From Dehalococcoidia bacterium (GTDB taxonomy: Bacteria > Chloroflexota > Dehalococcoidia > Lucifugimonadales > UBA2985), in assembly GCA_963582505.1 (NCBI GenBank), contig CAUZSC010000003.1, forward strand, positions 1 through 39,942: 39,942 nucleotides of DNA, in the 5' to 3' direction. The position numbers and the translations under genes are program-made. The notes beneath the pieces were generated by a model, which saw nothing but the letters and a program-made list of their open reading frames with translations, had not been told where the DNA came from and did no database searches. This document shows positions 20,719-29,538 of the stretch, one piece after another. How positions within the stretch are numbered: position 1 is the stretch's first letter; each line of letters opens with the position of its first letter.

Positions 20719-20838
20719 ATGCTAGACAATGACCCAACAGATTCTATTAACAGCCAGTGGGCAAGTGGCTGTCTAAAGTGGGTATTTTTCTTATTCTTAG
20801 CATTGATAGTTATATGGATCGCATCGTCATTCGTATAA
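20719..20838 (+). CDS. Small single-TM protein (39 aa), absent from the ORF track
   Basis: AGGAG-N8-ATG; MLDNDPTDSINSQWASGCLKWVFFLFLALIVIWIASSFV. Confidence 0.55.
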   Translation: MLDNDPTDSINSQWASGCLKWVFFLFLALIVIWIASSFV

Positions 20839-21107
20839 AATTTAACTTCGCTATCTCAGGATGTTTTTGGAATGTAACACATACACTTCATTAACTTCAC
20901 AACTAGCAAACCTGCAATTAATCAGTCATATTCAACTTCTTCCTAATTTCCTTACCCCAATACAATCTCTTCTGTCATCGTCTCGTCTATTTTCTTAAAA
21001 GTACTTGCCGAACCCTTCATTGAAATCTTGAAGATTGAAATTAGGGAACCATAATTACCATCAATTACCATAAGACGTACAGAACATCTAATGCGAACCT
21101 GCCACCT

Positions 21108-23441
21108 TTAAGAATTACTCTCCTCTATAGCATCTATTATAGAACCAGGAGTCATAGGACCTTTAGTCATGCGAACACCTGTAGCATTCGATACTGCATT
21201 ACCAACTGCTGCAATAACCGGAACTATAGGTATTTCACCTGCACGTCCTCTTAATCCAAATGGATGTCCCGGATTAGGCACTTCGATTATAACAGTATCT
21301 ATCATTGGTAAATCTAAGCTAGTAGGCATCCGATAATCTAGAAAAGTCGAATTGGCCATACTTCCAGTTTTAGTGTAGAAATACTCTTCATTCAATGCCC
21401 AGCCTATCCCTTGTGCAGTAGAACCTTGAGCCTGACCTTCTACAAAACTTGGATGAACAGCCTTTCCTACATCTGTAAATGTCGTATAACGCAATATATC
21501 AACCTTACCAGTTTCAGGATCTACTTCCACATCCACAATATTTCCTCCAAATAGGACTCCTCCGGGACCAGTTGGAAAAGAATACCCTGTACAAGTTATA
21601 GGTCCACCTGTCCTCATGAGTCGTCCGGCCAGTTCCACAAAACCAATTCTGCTCTCAGCATTTCGAGCACAAAAGAATGTCCCGTTATCAAATTCAACAT
21701 CTTCTGGCTGTACTTCCCATATCAGAGCAGCACGGGCACTCATCTGAAGCTTAACTTCTTCAGCTGCAGCGATCGCAGCAAGACCTGTAGAATATGTAAT
21801 TTTACTCCCATTCGCTACTCCACTCCAACCTGCAGAATCCGTGTCTCCAACTGTAGATACCACGTCGTCAACCTCAAGGCTTAGAATCTCAGCTGCATGC
21901 ATCGCCACGGTAGTTCTAGTTCCACTAAGGTCGTTTGAACCAGTCATAAGAGTTATAGTACCGTTGGTATTTACACTAATAGTAGCAACGTGAGGTGTAG
22001 TAGCTTCGCCACCTATAGCCCTAGCAGCCACAGAGACACCTCGCCCTCTATTTGGACCACCAAGTGGTGCAGTGTAGTGTGGGTGAGTCTTCATTGCTTC
22101 CTCAAGCTCTACACATGCAATCCTAGGATATTGAACACCGTTGGGCATTCTATCTCCCTCTTGCACTGCATTCCTTAATCTAAATTCCATTGGATCTATG
22201 CCAAGTTTATCGGCTAATTCATCTATTACCCCCTCTACTGCAAATGTGGCAGGTGGCTGACCTGGTGCCCTATAGCTTTGCATCTTCTGGGTATTCGTAA
22301 CTACGTCGTAACCATCTATCTCAATATTATCTATCTTGTAAGCTGCAAGACTATTTTGAACTCCTGCTCCAACAGGCGACCCTGGAAAGGCTCCTGCCTG
22401 ATATGTCAAATACATCTGAGCAGCTGTTATATAACCATCCTTATCCGCTCCCAATTTAGCCCTAATCTGAGTGGCAGAAGCAGGGCAAGTGCTTTCAAAA
22501 GTTTCTTTGCGACTCATTACCATTTTTACTGGTAAACCGCTTTTCTTCGAGAGAATTGCGGCCATAGGGTTTAGTGGATTAGTGTTCGGTCCTTTGCCTC
22601 CGAATCCACCACCACATTCCATAGCTATCACCTTCAACATAGATTCCGAAACGCCTATTATAGAGGCCGTTCCCTCGCGAACATCAAATGTTCCCTGAGT
22701 AGTAGTCCATATTGTCACATGACCATCACGATTCCACTGGGCTGTAGAAGCAAACGGTTCAATATATCCCGGATGAACAGCCTGAGTAGAAAATTCTTTC
22801 TCTATCACGATTTCTGCATCCTTGAAGCCCTTTTCTATATCACCACGCCTTAACTGCGCATACCCAGCTATATTGCTTCTTGTTCCGGAATCCTCTTTCC
22901 CTTCAGGCCCCCCTCGCAATACAGTAGTCAACCTGTCATGTACTAAAGGGGCATCAGGCTTTAGAGCATCCTCTATAGTAAGTACAGCAGGCAAGATTTC
23001 ATAATCTATTTCTATAAGCTTTGCTGCATCCTCTGCAACATGGGGGTTAATAGCTGCAATCGCCGCTACAGGATGGCCAACATAAAGCACTTTTTCGCGT
23101 GCCATAAAATGCTCAGCCATTATTCTGGCTCCACGAAACTGCTCGGCAAAGAAATCAATATCTTTCTCTCTATCAAAGATGGCAAAGTCTTTAGCTGTAA
23201 TAACAGCCTTTACACCTGGAAACGCTGCTGCTTTACTAACATCTATAGAGCGTATTTGAGCATGAGCATGCGGGCTTGTAATCATCTTGCCATGAAGCAT
23301 ACCTGCAATATTTATATCAGCTCCAAATTTGGCTGCCCCAGTTACCTTATCCAGTCCATCAAGACGATTTGCCCTCGTACCAATCACTTTATACTGACTT
23401 GAACTAGTTCCCTGAACATCTTTTGTAATAGTCATTGGCAT
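21108..23441 (-). CDS. Xanthine dehydrogenase/CoxL-family molybdopterin-binding large subunit
   Basis: KVTGAAKF, SPHAHA, GGGFGGK, YRAPG, VEVDPETG, YRMPT, GE. Confidence 0.92.
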   Translation of the reverse strand: MPMTITKDVQGTSSSQYKVIGTRANRLDGLDKVTGAAKFGADINIAGMLHGKMITSPHAHAQIRSIDVSKAAAFPGVKAVITAKDFAIFDREKDIDFFAEQFRGARIMAEHFMAREKVLYVGHPVAAIAAINPHVAEDAAKLIEIDYEILPAVLTIEDALKPDAPLVHDRLTTVLRGGPEGKEDSGTRSNIAGYAQLRRGDIEKGFKDAEIVIEKEFSTQAVHPGYIEPFASTAQWNRDGHVTIWTTTQGTFDVREGTASIIGVSESMLKVIAMECGGGFGGKGPNTNPLNPMAAILSKKSGLPVKMVMSRKETFESTCPASATQIRAKLGADKDGYITAAQMYLTYQAGAFPGSPVGAGVQNSLAAYKIDNIEIDGYDVVTNTQKMQSYRAPGQPPATFAVEGVIDELADKLGIDPMEFRLRNAVQEGDRMPNGVQYPRIACVELEEAMKTHPHYTAPLGGPNRGRGVSVAARAIGGEATTPHVATISVNTNGTITLMTGSNDLSGTRTTVAMHAAEILSLEVDDVVSTVGDTDSAGWSGVANGSKITYSTGLAAIAAAEEVKLQMSARAALIWEVQPEDVEFDNGTFFCARNAESRIGFVELAGRLMRTGGPITCTGYSFPTGPGGVLFGGNIVDVEVDPETGKVDILRYTTFTDVGKAVHPSFVEGQAQGSTAQGIGWALNEEYFYTKTGSMANSTFLDYRMPTSLDLPMIDTVIIEVPNPGHPFGLRGRAGEIPIVPVIAAVGNAVSNATGVRMTKGPMTPGSIIDAIEESNS

Positions 23442-23551
23442 TATCTCCTTGTAGCTTTATTACTCAATACATGCACGTAAAGTATAACCAGAATCCGATA
23501 CTTGGTATACATAATCAACCTAGACCCGATTTCTATTGGTATAATGTCACT

Positions 23552-24040
23552 ATGAAAGAATGCATAAAGAGTATTTTGGACAATTTTAGATTCTACGTGA
23601 TCCTAGGGATAATATTAGCTATTGTGGCACTTTTTGGTTTAGGAATCACATCAGAACCATTACTTAGTGAAACCTACTACCTTGAAACCAGTATGACATC
23701 GGAGAATTCTATTGCAAGAGTTTCATACGAACAGTCACATTCACATCGCATGGTATATAGAAGTATATCTTTATCTGGCCTCGGCTTAGGTATTTTACTA
23801 TTCGTATATGGATTACACTCAAACATAGCCAAAATAATAGGTGATCGAAAAGAAGCAATACCCACAAAAACCATAGTTAATACAAAAGAGATGGTTAAAC
23901 AAATTTATGAACCAACACCAGCAATGAAAGAGATGACAGAAGAAATACAAACATTACGTCAACAGGAACAGAAACCAGAATCTCAGTGGTTATCTGAGAT
24001 CTATCAGCATGTCCTTGGGGACGATAGAGAATCAAGATAA
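23552..24040 (+). CDS. Hypothetical two-TM membrane protein, probably leaderless
   Basis: Two hydrophobic helices; TGGTATAAT ends at 23545, just before ATG 23552; no SD. Confidence 0.6.
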   Translation: MKECIKSILDNFRFYVILGIILAIVALFGLGITSEPLLSETYYLETSMTSENSIARVSYEQSHSHRMVYRSISLSGLGLGILLFVYGLHSNIAKIIGDRKEAIPTKTIVNTKEMVKQIYEPTPAMKEMTEEIQTLRQQEQKPESQWLSEIYQHVLGDDRESR

Positions 24041-24062
24041 AAATGTCTTAGGAGAATTATAG

Positions 24063-24155
24063 ATGACATTAGATATTATATTGTGGTTCATCATTGGAGC
24101 AGGTATCGGGTGGCTAATCATACGAATAATCAAAATCAAAATCAAAAACAAATAA
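24063..24155 (+). CDS. Small single-TM protein (30 aa), absent from the ORF track
   Basis: AGGAG RBS; MTLDIILWFIIGAGIGWLIIRIIKIKIKNK. Confidence 0.55.
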   Translation: MTLDIILWFIIGAGIGWLIIRIIKIKIKNK

Positions 24156-24157
24156 CC

Positions 24158-24346
24158 ATGACTATATGTAGTGAATGCGGAAAAATCAAAAACTCAAATA
24201 TAAGCGTTTATCATACTATTGATTCTGCATCATATTGCGGCTCATGTGGGGCTGCCCTGTTCACTCCTCCACAAGATTACAAAAACAACTATCAGGCACA
24301 CTCAATAAAATCATCTACTACCAAGATTACAAAAGAGGAAAAATAA
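24158..24346 (+). CDS. Small zinc-ribbon-like protein (62 aa)
   Basis: CSECG and CGSCG; ATG 2 nt after the previous stop. Confidence 0.55.
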   Translation: MTICSECGKIKNSNISVYHTIDSASYCGSCGAALFTPPQDYKNNYQAHSIKSSTTKITKEEK

Positions 24347-24359
24347 TCGTTCTTCTCTA

Positions 24360-25085
24360 ATGAATATGAAAAAATATAAGAATCTACAGTTAGTTATTAA
24401 ACACTACAAATTATTAATCTTAACAATCAGCATATTGCAGATAATCTTGATATTATCAGCATGCTCTTCATCAAATCAAAATTATAAAGGTGTAGCACGA
24501 ATAGAAAAAACACCTACGCCTATCGCCACAGGTAACATCAAGGGTTTTGAGAACATATCGGAACCACAATCTGAAACGGACGAAGAAATTGTCACTCAAT
24601 TCACTACGTGCATAAGAGAGCATGGTATAACTGTTCCCGACCCCGAGTTAAATTCAGATGGCACTGTAGATTTCCAGCAACTGCGCGAGAGTATATTTAA
24701 CAATGCCACATTTCAACAACTCGGAGGAAATGGTTCAGCCAGACAAGAATTACAAAAGTGCTTTTCAATATTGGGAAACACTACATTCGCTGAAGAGAGA
24801 GAACAAGAAGACCCAATAGAATTACAAGATGATCTATTGCAATTGGCTCAATGCCTTAGGGACAACGGATTGGATGTTCCTGATCCTGATTTCTCTGATG
24901 GACCTCGTGCTTCAATGAGACCGATAGTATCTAGTCTGAATTCAGGTGGTATCTTCGGATCGACAAACGTGTACATAGAGAATGATCAAGTCGCCGAAAT
25001 ACTTAGGACATGTACAGACAACATATTCAGTGGTGCCCAAATTGGTAACCAAGGGGGCGGCCGAAGTGCAGGTAGTAGAAGATAA
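24360..25085 (+). CDS. Lipoprotein with two C-x-R-x-x-G-x-x-VPDP repeats
   Basis: Lipobox LSAC; CIREHGITVPDP and CLRDNGLDVPDP, each followed by a later Cys. Confidence 0.75.
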   Translation: MNMKKYKNLQLVIKHYKLLILTISILQIILILSACSSSNQNYKGVARIEKTPTPIATGNIKGFENISEPQSETDEEIVTQFTTCIREHGITVPDPELNSDGTVDFQQLRESIFNNATFQQLGGNGSARQELQKCFSILGNTTFAEEREQEDPIELQDDLLQLAQCLRDNGLDVPDPDFSDGPRASMRPIVSSLNSGGIFGSTNVYIENDQVAEILRTCTDNIFSGAQIGNQGGGRSAGSRR

Positions 25086-25307
25086 GGGCAGAGATCTAAT
25101 CAGTAATACACGAACTTATTCACATTATCTCTTCTTGTTAACAACATCCTTTAATCAAATTTAGCAATATAGCAAGCCGTTCATCAAAATATTTTTCTAA
25201 GAACTCCTAAAAGCCAATGGAATCATTACAAATTAGTCACAATATAAGCATAAAACTGATGAATGATTATACGATGCGATCTATATAAATATTACATCTT
25301 AATCTTA

Positions 25308-26579
25308 TTATTCATCACGTACAGGCAGTGGAGGTGCGGTCAAATTCCAAAACATTATTGTCGCACCACAATACGTCATAGATATAGCTATGAATGCCAG
25401 ATTGTAGTTACCAGTCACATCAAACACGATGCCGGCACCTAAAGGTCCTATAGTAGACATAAGGCTTTGTACCAACGTAACTCCGCCTCTCAAAGCACCA
25501 AAATTCTTACGGCCGAAGAATTGACCGACTAGAGCCCATGTAACAGAATTGCATGATTGAGCTCCAGCAAACAATACAGCAAAGGCTACGCCCGTTAACA
25601 GACCATTGGGACCTAGCAATATAACTAAACCTGCTCCTAGGCCACAAACCATAGCTATGGATGCTGTTTTTGTTCTATACCATTTATCTGACAATATGCC
25701 AGCACCTATTATGCCTGGGAAGCGAACCAATGAAAGTAAAGCTACTAAGATTGCTGCCACAGCTTCGCTATTTCCTTTGGAAACAAGCATTGGCACCATA
25801 TGAACCATCAAAGCTGACTGGGCCATTAACCTTAATCCAATAGCTAAAGAAAGAAGCCAATAAGTTTTAGTATGTAATGCCTCTCTGATAGTGAAGTCAC
25901 CATCGAAACTAATGGATTCCACAGTCCCAGTATTCTCTATTTCAGGATCTTTGACATCCACTCTATCCTCTTGAAATGTCTCATTGCCTTTAGGAATTCT
26001 TACCAGGAAACTCAAAGGCAAACCTACTACCAAAATCAGAATACCAGAAGCAGTAGCAGCAAAGCGCCATCCGAAATCAAAAATAAGAAATGCTACAAAT
26101 GGAGTGATTATTACGCCCCCAACCGCCGAGCCTAGTGTCCCCAAGGACATTGCTGTACCAAGACGCCTACTGAACCAGTGGTTTATCGCCGCTGTTATAC
26201 CATGAAATGGTGTAGAGAAGCCGATGGTCAAAAAACCCAAGAACACTACAAGAAACATAGTGAATGATTGAGTTAGTCCTAATAATATAAAACCAACTCC
26301 CCCAGCAACTAAACCAAACCATATTACTGGCTTGGGACCAATCTTATCTACCAAGTAACCTACAAATGGTCCCTCAAGACCACCTTCAAGTGACCGTAGC
26401 GCAAAAGCGAGTGAGATCTGCGAACTAGATACCGAAAATGCTCTCTTAAATGGCAGAAAGTACAAAGAAATACCCGTGTGATATAGGCCTCCAAAAAGAG
26501 CGTGGTACATACATGCGGAAAAAACCACCCACCATCCGTAGTACATGCCTCTTACACTGGATATCTTTTTACCAACCAT
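25308..26579 (-). CDS. MFS transporter
   Basis: YYGWWVV, GYLVDKIGPK, FFGRKNFG; about 12 TM segments. Confidence 0.9.
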   Translation of the reverse strand: MVGKKISSVRGMYYGWWVVFSACMYHALFGGLYHTGISLYFLPFKRAFSVSSSQISLAFALRSLEGGLEGPFVGYLVDKIGPKPVIWFGLVAGGVGFILLGLTQSFTMFLVVFLGFLTIGFSTPFHGITAAINHWFSRRLGTAMSLGTLGSAVGGVIITPFVAFLIFDFGWRFAATASGILILVVGLPLSFLVRIPKGNETFQEDRVDVKDPEIENTGTVESISFDGDFTIREALHTKTYWLLSLAIGLRLMAQSALMVHMVPMLVSKGNSEAVAAILVALLSLVRFPGIIGAGILSDKWYRTKTASIAMVCGLGAGLVILLGPNGLLTGVAFAVLFAGAQSCNSVTWALVGQFFGRKNFGALRGGVTLVQSLMSTIGPLGAGIVFDVTGNYNLAFIAISMTYCGATIMFWNLTAPPLPVRDE

Positions 26580-26979
26580 TTAAGGTCCTCTAAATCTCAT
26601 GGAAACTGAAGATTATGTGTATTCACCTTCACTCCATCCTACCTCCGCTGTACCTAACTGAGTCGACTATACCACACCAGATATACCACAATAGATGTTT
26701 ATAAAGGAGATAATCCACAAAGTCTTATAGATTATGATAAAAACAGTTGGTAAACAAACCAGAGAAGTATTGGAATACTAAGTGATGACAGTCTTGGAGT
26801 GTCAAATCGAAGATGGACCCAACAGACTCTATATTGCAAAATAGTGGATACACTATATAAATCCTATCGTCACCACTCCCTGCTACGGAGTCCTATAATC
26901 GAACTCTACTTTAAATACGAACATGCAACTAGTATCAATTTTCAGGTTTCGTGGGTAGTTGGAAATTCTGTGGAACTGT

Positions 26980-27885
26980 TCATTCAAGTAACAACAGGTT
27001 ACCAAGTGTCCCTATCTCACCTGTAACACTACTAGCCGCTTTAGACGCGGCATCGGCTCTATAAACATAAGTCTTGCCCGGCTCGATTTCTTCCATGTAG
27101 AGAACTTGTTCGTGTCCCGGGTATCTGATGATCAGTGAGCAAAAGTCAGGGCCTGGTAGAAATAACTGAGCATATCCTCCTTGGTCAGTTTGGGAACGAC
27201 CGCTTCCTACTAGAACTACTTCAGCTTCGGGGACCGGACCACCTTCACGATCCATTACTCTGATTCTCAATGGTTGACCAACAAATCCCGCATCCGGGAT
27301 CTTTCCCACCACATCGATCTCATATTTCCCAGCCTTCTTTGGTACCATCCACTCCTCACCGTATTTCAGTCGTAAGTAATCTTCGGGTGGATTGGGCACA
27401 AGAAACCTCTCACCTAGGAATTCTATCTCTTTAGGTTCTGTGAACATAGTGGCAGGGATCTTAAATCCTCCAGGAAACAGATATATGGCGTCATTAACGA
27501 TACGAACACATTCTAGGCTTATCCTTACATAGTTTTTCACAGTTGCGAAAGCTTTAGAGTTTGCCATTGCAAACTCGCGGATGAAATATCCTTTTTCTTT
27601 GAGGGTATCTGCAACGGCATCGACTGTTGCTTCTGTCAGGCCATTTACACCAAGTACAGATAGCAAATCTATGTCGTCGTCCCATGGCATTAGATCCTTA
27701 TCTCTAGTTGCACCAAGACACGTTCCTGAACCAAGAAGGAACACGACGCCTAGTTGTTCCAAAACTTGTTTGATTTCTTTCAGATTAGTTTTAGCGACGG
27801 TAAGATCCATGGGCGGATTGTACTTAATAGTGTATTCCATTGTGGCTTTGTCCGATCCATTACCCAACATAATTCTTTCCTCCAT
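26980..27885 (-). CDS. LicD/fukutin-family nucleotidyltransferase-fold protein with C-terminal beta domain
   Basis: SGTCLGATRDKDLMPWDDDIDL and PNPPEDYLRLKYGEEW. Confidence 0.8.
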   Translation of the reverse strand: MEERIMLGNGSDKATMEYTIKYNPPMDLTVAKTNLKEIKQVLEQLGVVFLLGSGTCLGATRDKDLMPWDDDIDLLSVLGVNGLTEATVDAVADTLKEKGYFIREFAMANSKAFATVKNYVRISLECVRIVNDAIYLFPGGFKIPATMFTEPKEIEFLGERFLVPNPPEDYLRLKYGEEWMVPKKAGKYEIDVVGKIPDAGFVGQPLRIRVMDREGGPVPEAEVVLVGSGRSQTDQGGYAQLFLPGPDFCSLIIRYPGHEQVLYMEEIEPGKTYVYRADAASKAASSVTGEIGTLGNLLLLE

Positions 27886-28027
27886 TATTCCCTTAACTGT
27901 GTGGCATCCTTACCATTCTACACACTTCATCATAGCTTAAACTGGAGTTATACGTATCCCGGGTGATTTGTTAAGCTATGGGCCATTCTAATGTAGTAAA
28001 GACTGAGCTTATTTTATGCCTTGAAAC

Positions 28028-28075
28028 TGGTCGGTGTGAAAGGGATTTGAACCTTCGACCCCTTGCACCCCATAA
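28028..28075 (-). pseudogene. Degenerate tRNA-Pro 3' portion (att-like remnant or decayed tRNA)
   Basis: Minus strand ATGGGGTGCAAGGGGTCGAAGGTTCAAATCCCTTTCACACCGACCA; T-arm and CCA end match 29539-29567; no pairing 5' half found. Confidence 0.75.
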
Positions 28076-28271
28076 AAGTATGCGACTGTTCTCACGTGTG
28101 AGCCACTTTCCTAAAGTCATTTATACCTGAATCTGTATACAACTGTCATTTGGCGTTGCAGTAATAATTGCAGTAAATTAACCTTAAGATTTTGGACTGA
28201 ACTACCCCAAGGATTCTGTGTCACTAGATGACCGGAACCCTCGAAAAACTAGATGATATAATTTAAGAATT

Positions 28272-28937
28272 ATGAGAGCATTCATTCTTGCACTAATCGG
28301 AAGCCTTATATTTGTTTTGGCTTGTACTGAATTAGCAGACGTACCAACACAGACACCATACCCCATCTCTACCCCATATCCTACCTACACCCCTGTGCTT
28401 CCTACTCTGACACCCACTGCCACACAAGTACAGCTCAGACCTACTACTACGCCCACAACTGCACTAACTCAGGTGCCATATACAGCTACCTCTGTACCTA
28501 CTCCAACCCTGACAGCTATCGCTGTACCTACTCCAACCCTGACAGCTATCGCTGTACCTACTCCAACCCTGACAGCTATCGCTGTACCTACTCCAACCCT
28601 GACAGCTATCGCTGTACCTACTCCAACCCTGACAGCTACCGCTGTACCTACTCCAACCCTGACGGCTACCGCTACTCATTCTCCAGTGTCAAACATGGCA
28701 ACAGTTATAGTTGAGAGTGATGTATTCCTCCCAAGTAACACTACTATAGCTGTTGGTGGAGCTGTAACATGGGATTTTACCGAAGGTAAGCACACTACAA
28801 CTAGCACTAGCTCAGAGCAATGGAATAGTGGGGAAAGGCGCAATGGGACCTTTTCACACACGTTCAATACAGTAGGCACATTCACTTACATCTGTGCTAG
28901 GCATCCATCTATGACAGGAACAGTGACAGTCAACTGA
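28272..28937 (+). CDS. Lipoprotein with Pro/Thr stalk and C-terminal plastocyanin/amicyanin-like cupredoxin domain
   Basis: Lipobox VLAC; type-1 Cu ligands H(TTT) and YICARHPSM. Confidence 0.85.
   Translation: MRAFILALIGSLIFVLACTELADVPTQTPYPISTPYPTYTPVLPTLTPTATQVQLRPTTTPTTALTQVPYTATSVPTPTLTAIAVPTPTLTAIAVPTPTLTAIAVPTPTLTAIAVPTPTLTATAVPTPTLTATATHSPVSNMATVIVESDVFLPSNTTIAVGGAVTWDFTEGKHTTTSTSSEQWNSGERRNGTFSHTFNTVGTFTYICARHPSMTGTVTVN
28492..28671 (+). repeat. 30-bp coding tandem repeat x6 (VPTPTLTAIA)
   Basis: Unit CTGTACCTACTCCAACCCTGACAGCTATCG: four exact copies, two with 1-2 changes. Confidence 0.97.
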
Positions 28938-28988
28938 CCCTTAACGGCCGATGATATAATTAACTAACCAAATACGGAGATTAAAGTA

Positions 28989-29203
28989 ATGGCGAATCCT
29001 AAAAAGAAGTCTTCAAAGAAAGCCAATGAGCAGACTCTGGCAGCCAAGAGAAAAAGCGGGCATTGTTCCAGAAAGCGACGGGCCTTTTAGGCTATCACCC
29101 ATACGACGAGGATCGAGAACGAGAAGCCTACCGACAAATGAAAGAACAACTAACCGAAGAAGAGTTGGAGTTTGTCTATTTGGATAGGTCTACGGATTGG
29201 TGA
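28989..29203 (+). pseudogene. Small gene (~71 aa) apparently split by a 1-nt frameshift at an A5 run
   Basis: GGAG RBS; MANPKKKSS... stops after 33 aa; the -1 frame continues KKRALFQKATG...DRSTDW to TGA 29203. Confidence 0.4.
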
Positions 29204-29227
29204 GGTACTAACTGGGAGGGGAGGGAC

Positions 29228-29353
29228 ATGGCTCGTATCAGGAGGATATTGGCAGAGAGAAACAACCCCCATTACAAAGGTATTAGTGTATTGGTTGGGC
29301 CTACAGAGAGGGAGCCAAGTCTCTGGCAGAGAATACTCCAGTTGTTTTCCTAG
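29228..29353 (+). CDS. Small hypothetical protein (41 aa)
   Basis: GGAGG RBS; MARIRRILAERNNPHYKGISVLVGPTEREPSLWQRILQLFS. Confidence 0.45.
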   Translation: MARIRRILAERNNPHYKGISVLVGPTEREPSLWQRILQLFS

Positions 29354-29488
29354 TCATTATCTCCTGACACAAGGCGATATTGTCCGATACCTATAGTATG
29401 TATACCTACCATCAAAAGAGGCAAGTCGGTATCACTTAAATAGTACCAAGCAAGGCCCTATTGGTGTCCATATTAGTGTCCTAGGTAA

Positions 29489-29520
29489 TAAAAAAGACCT
29501 CTCAACTTAATGAAAGGTCT
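29489..29520 (-). terminator. Intrinsic terminator downstream of tRNA-Pro
   Basis: Minus strand AGACCTTTCA-loop-TGAGAGGTCT followed by TTTTT. Confidence 0.75.
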
Positions 29521-29538
29521 AATTTTGTGCCTAGAAAC

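Noticed and set aside
21108-23441. Aerobic CO dehydrogenase CoxL
   Set aside because: Lacks AYxCSFR and neighbouring coxM/coxS.
26620-26650. Minus-strand GGAGG-ATG-GAG-TGA mini-uORF upstream of the MFS gene
   Set aside because: Too short to distinguish from chance without conservation data.
27931-27980. Integron attC site (CATAGCTTAA...TTAAGCTATG)
   Set aside because: Shorter than typical attC sites, one core box deviates from consensus, single copy, no integron integrase.
28492-28671. CRISPR array
   Set aside because: Head-to-tail 30-bp units without spacers, in frame within a CDS; no cas genes.
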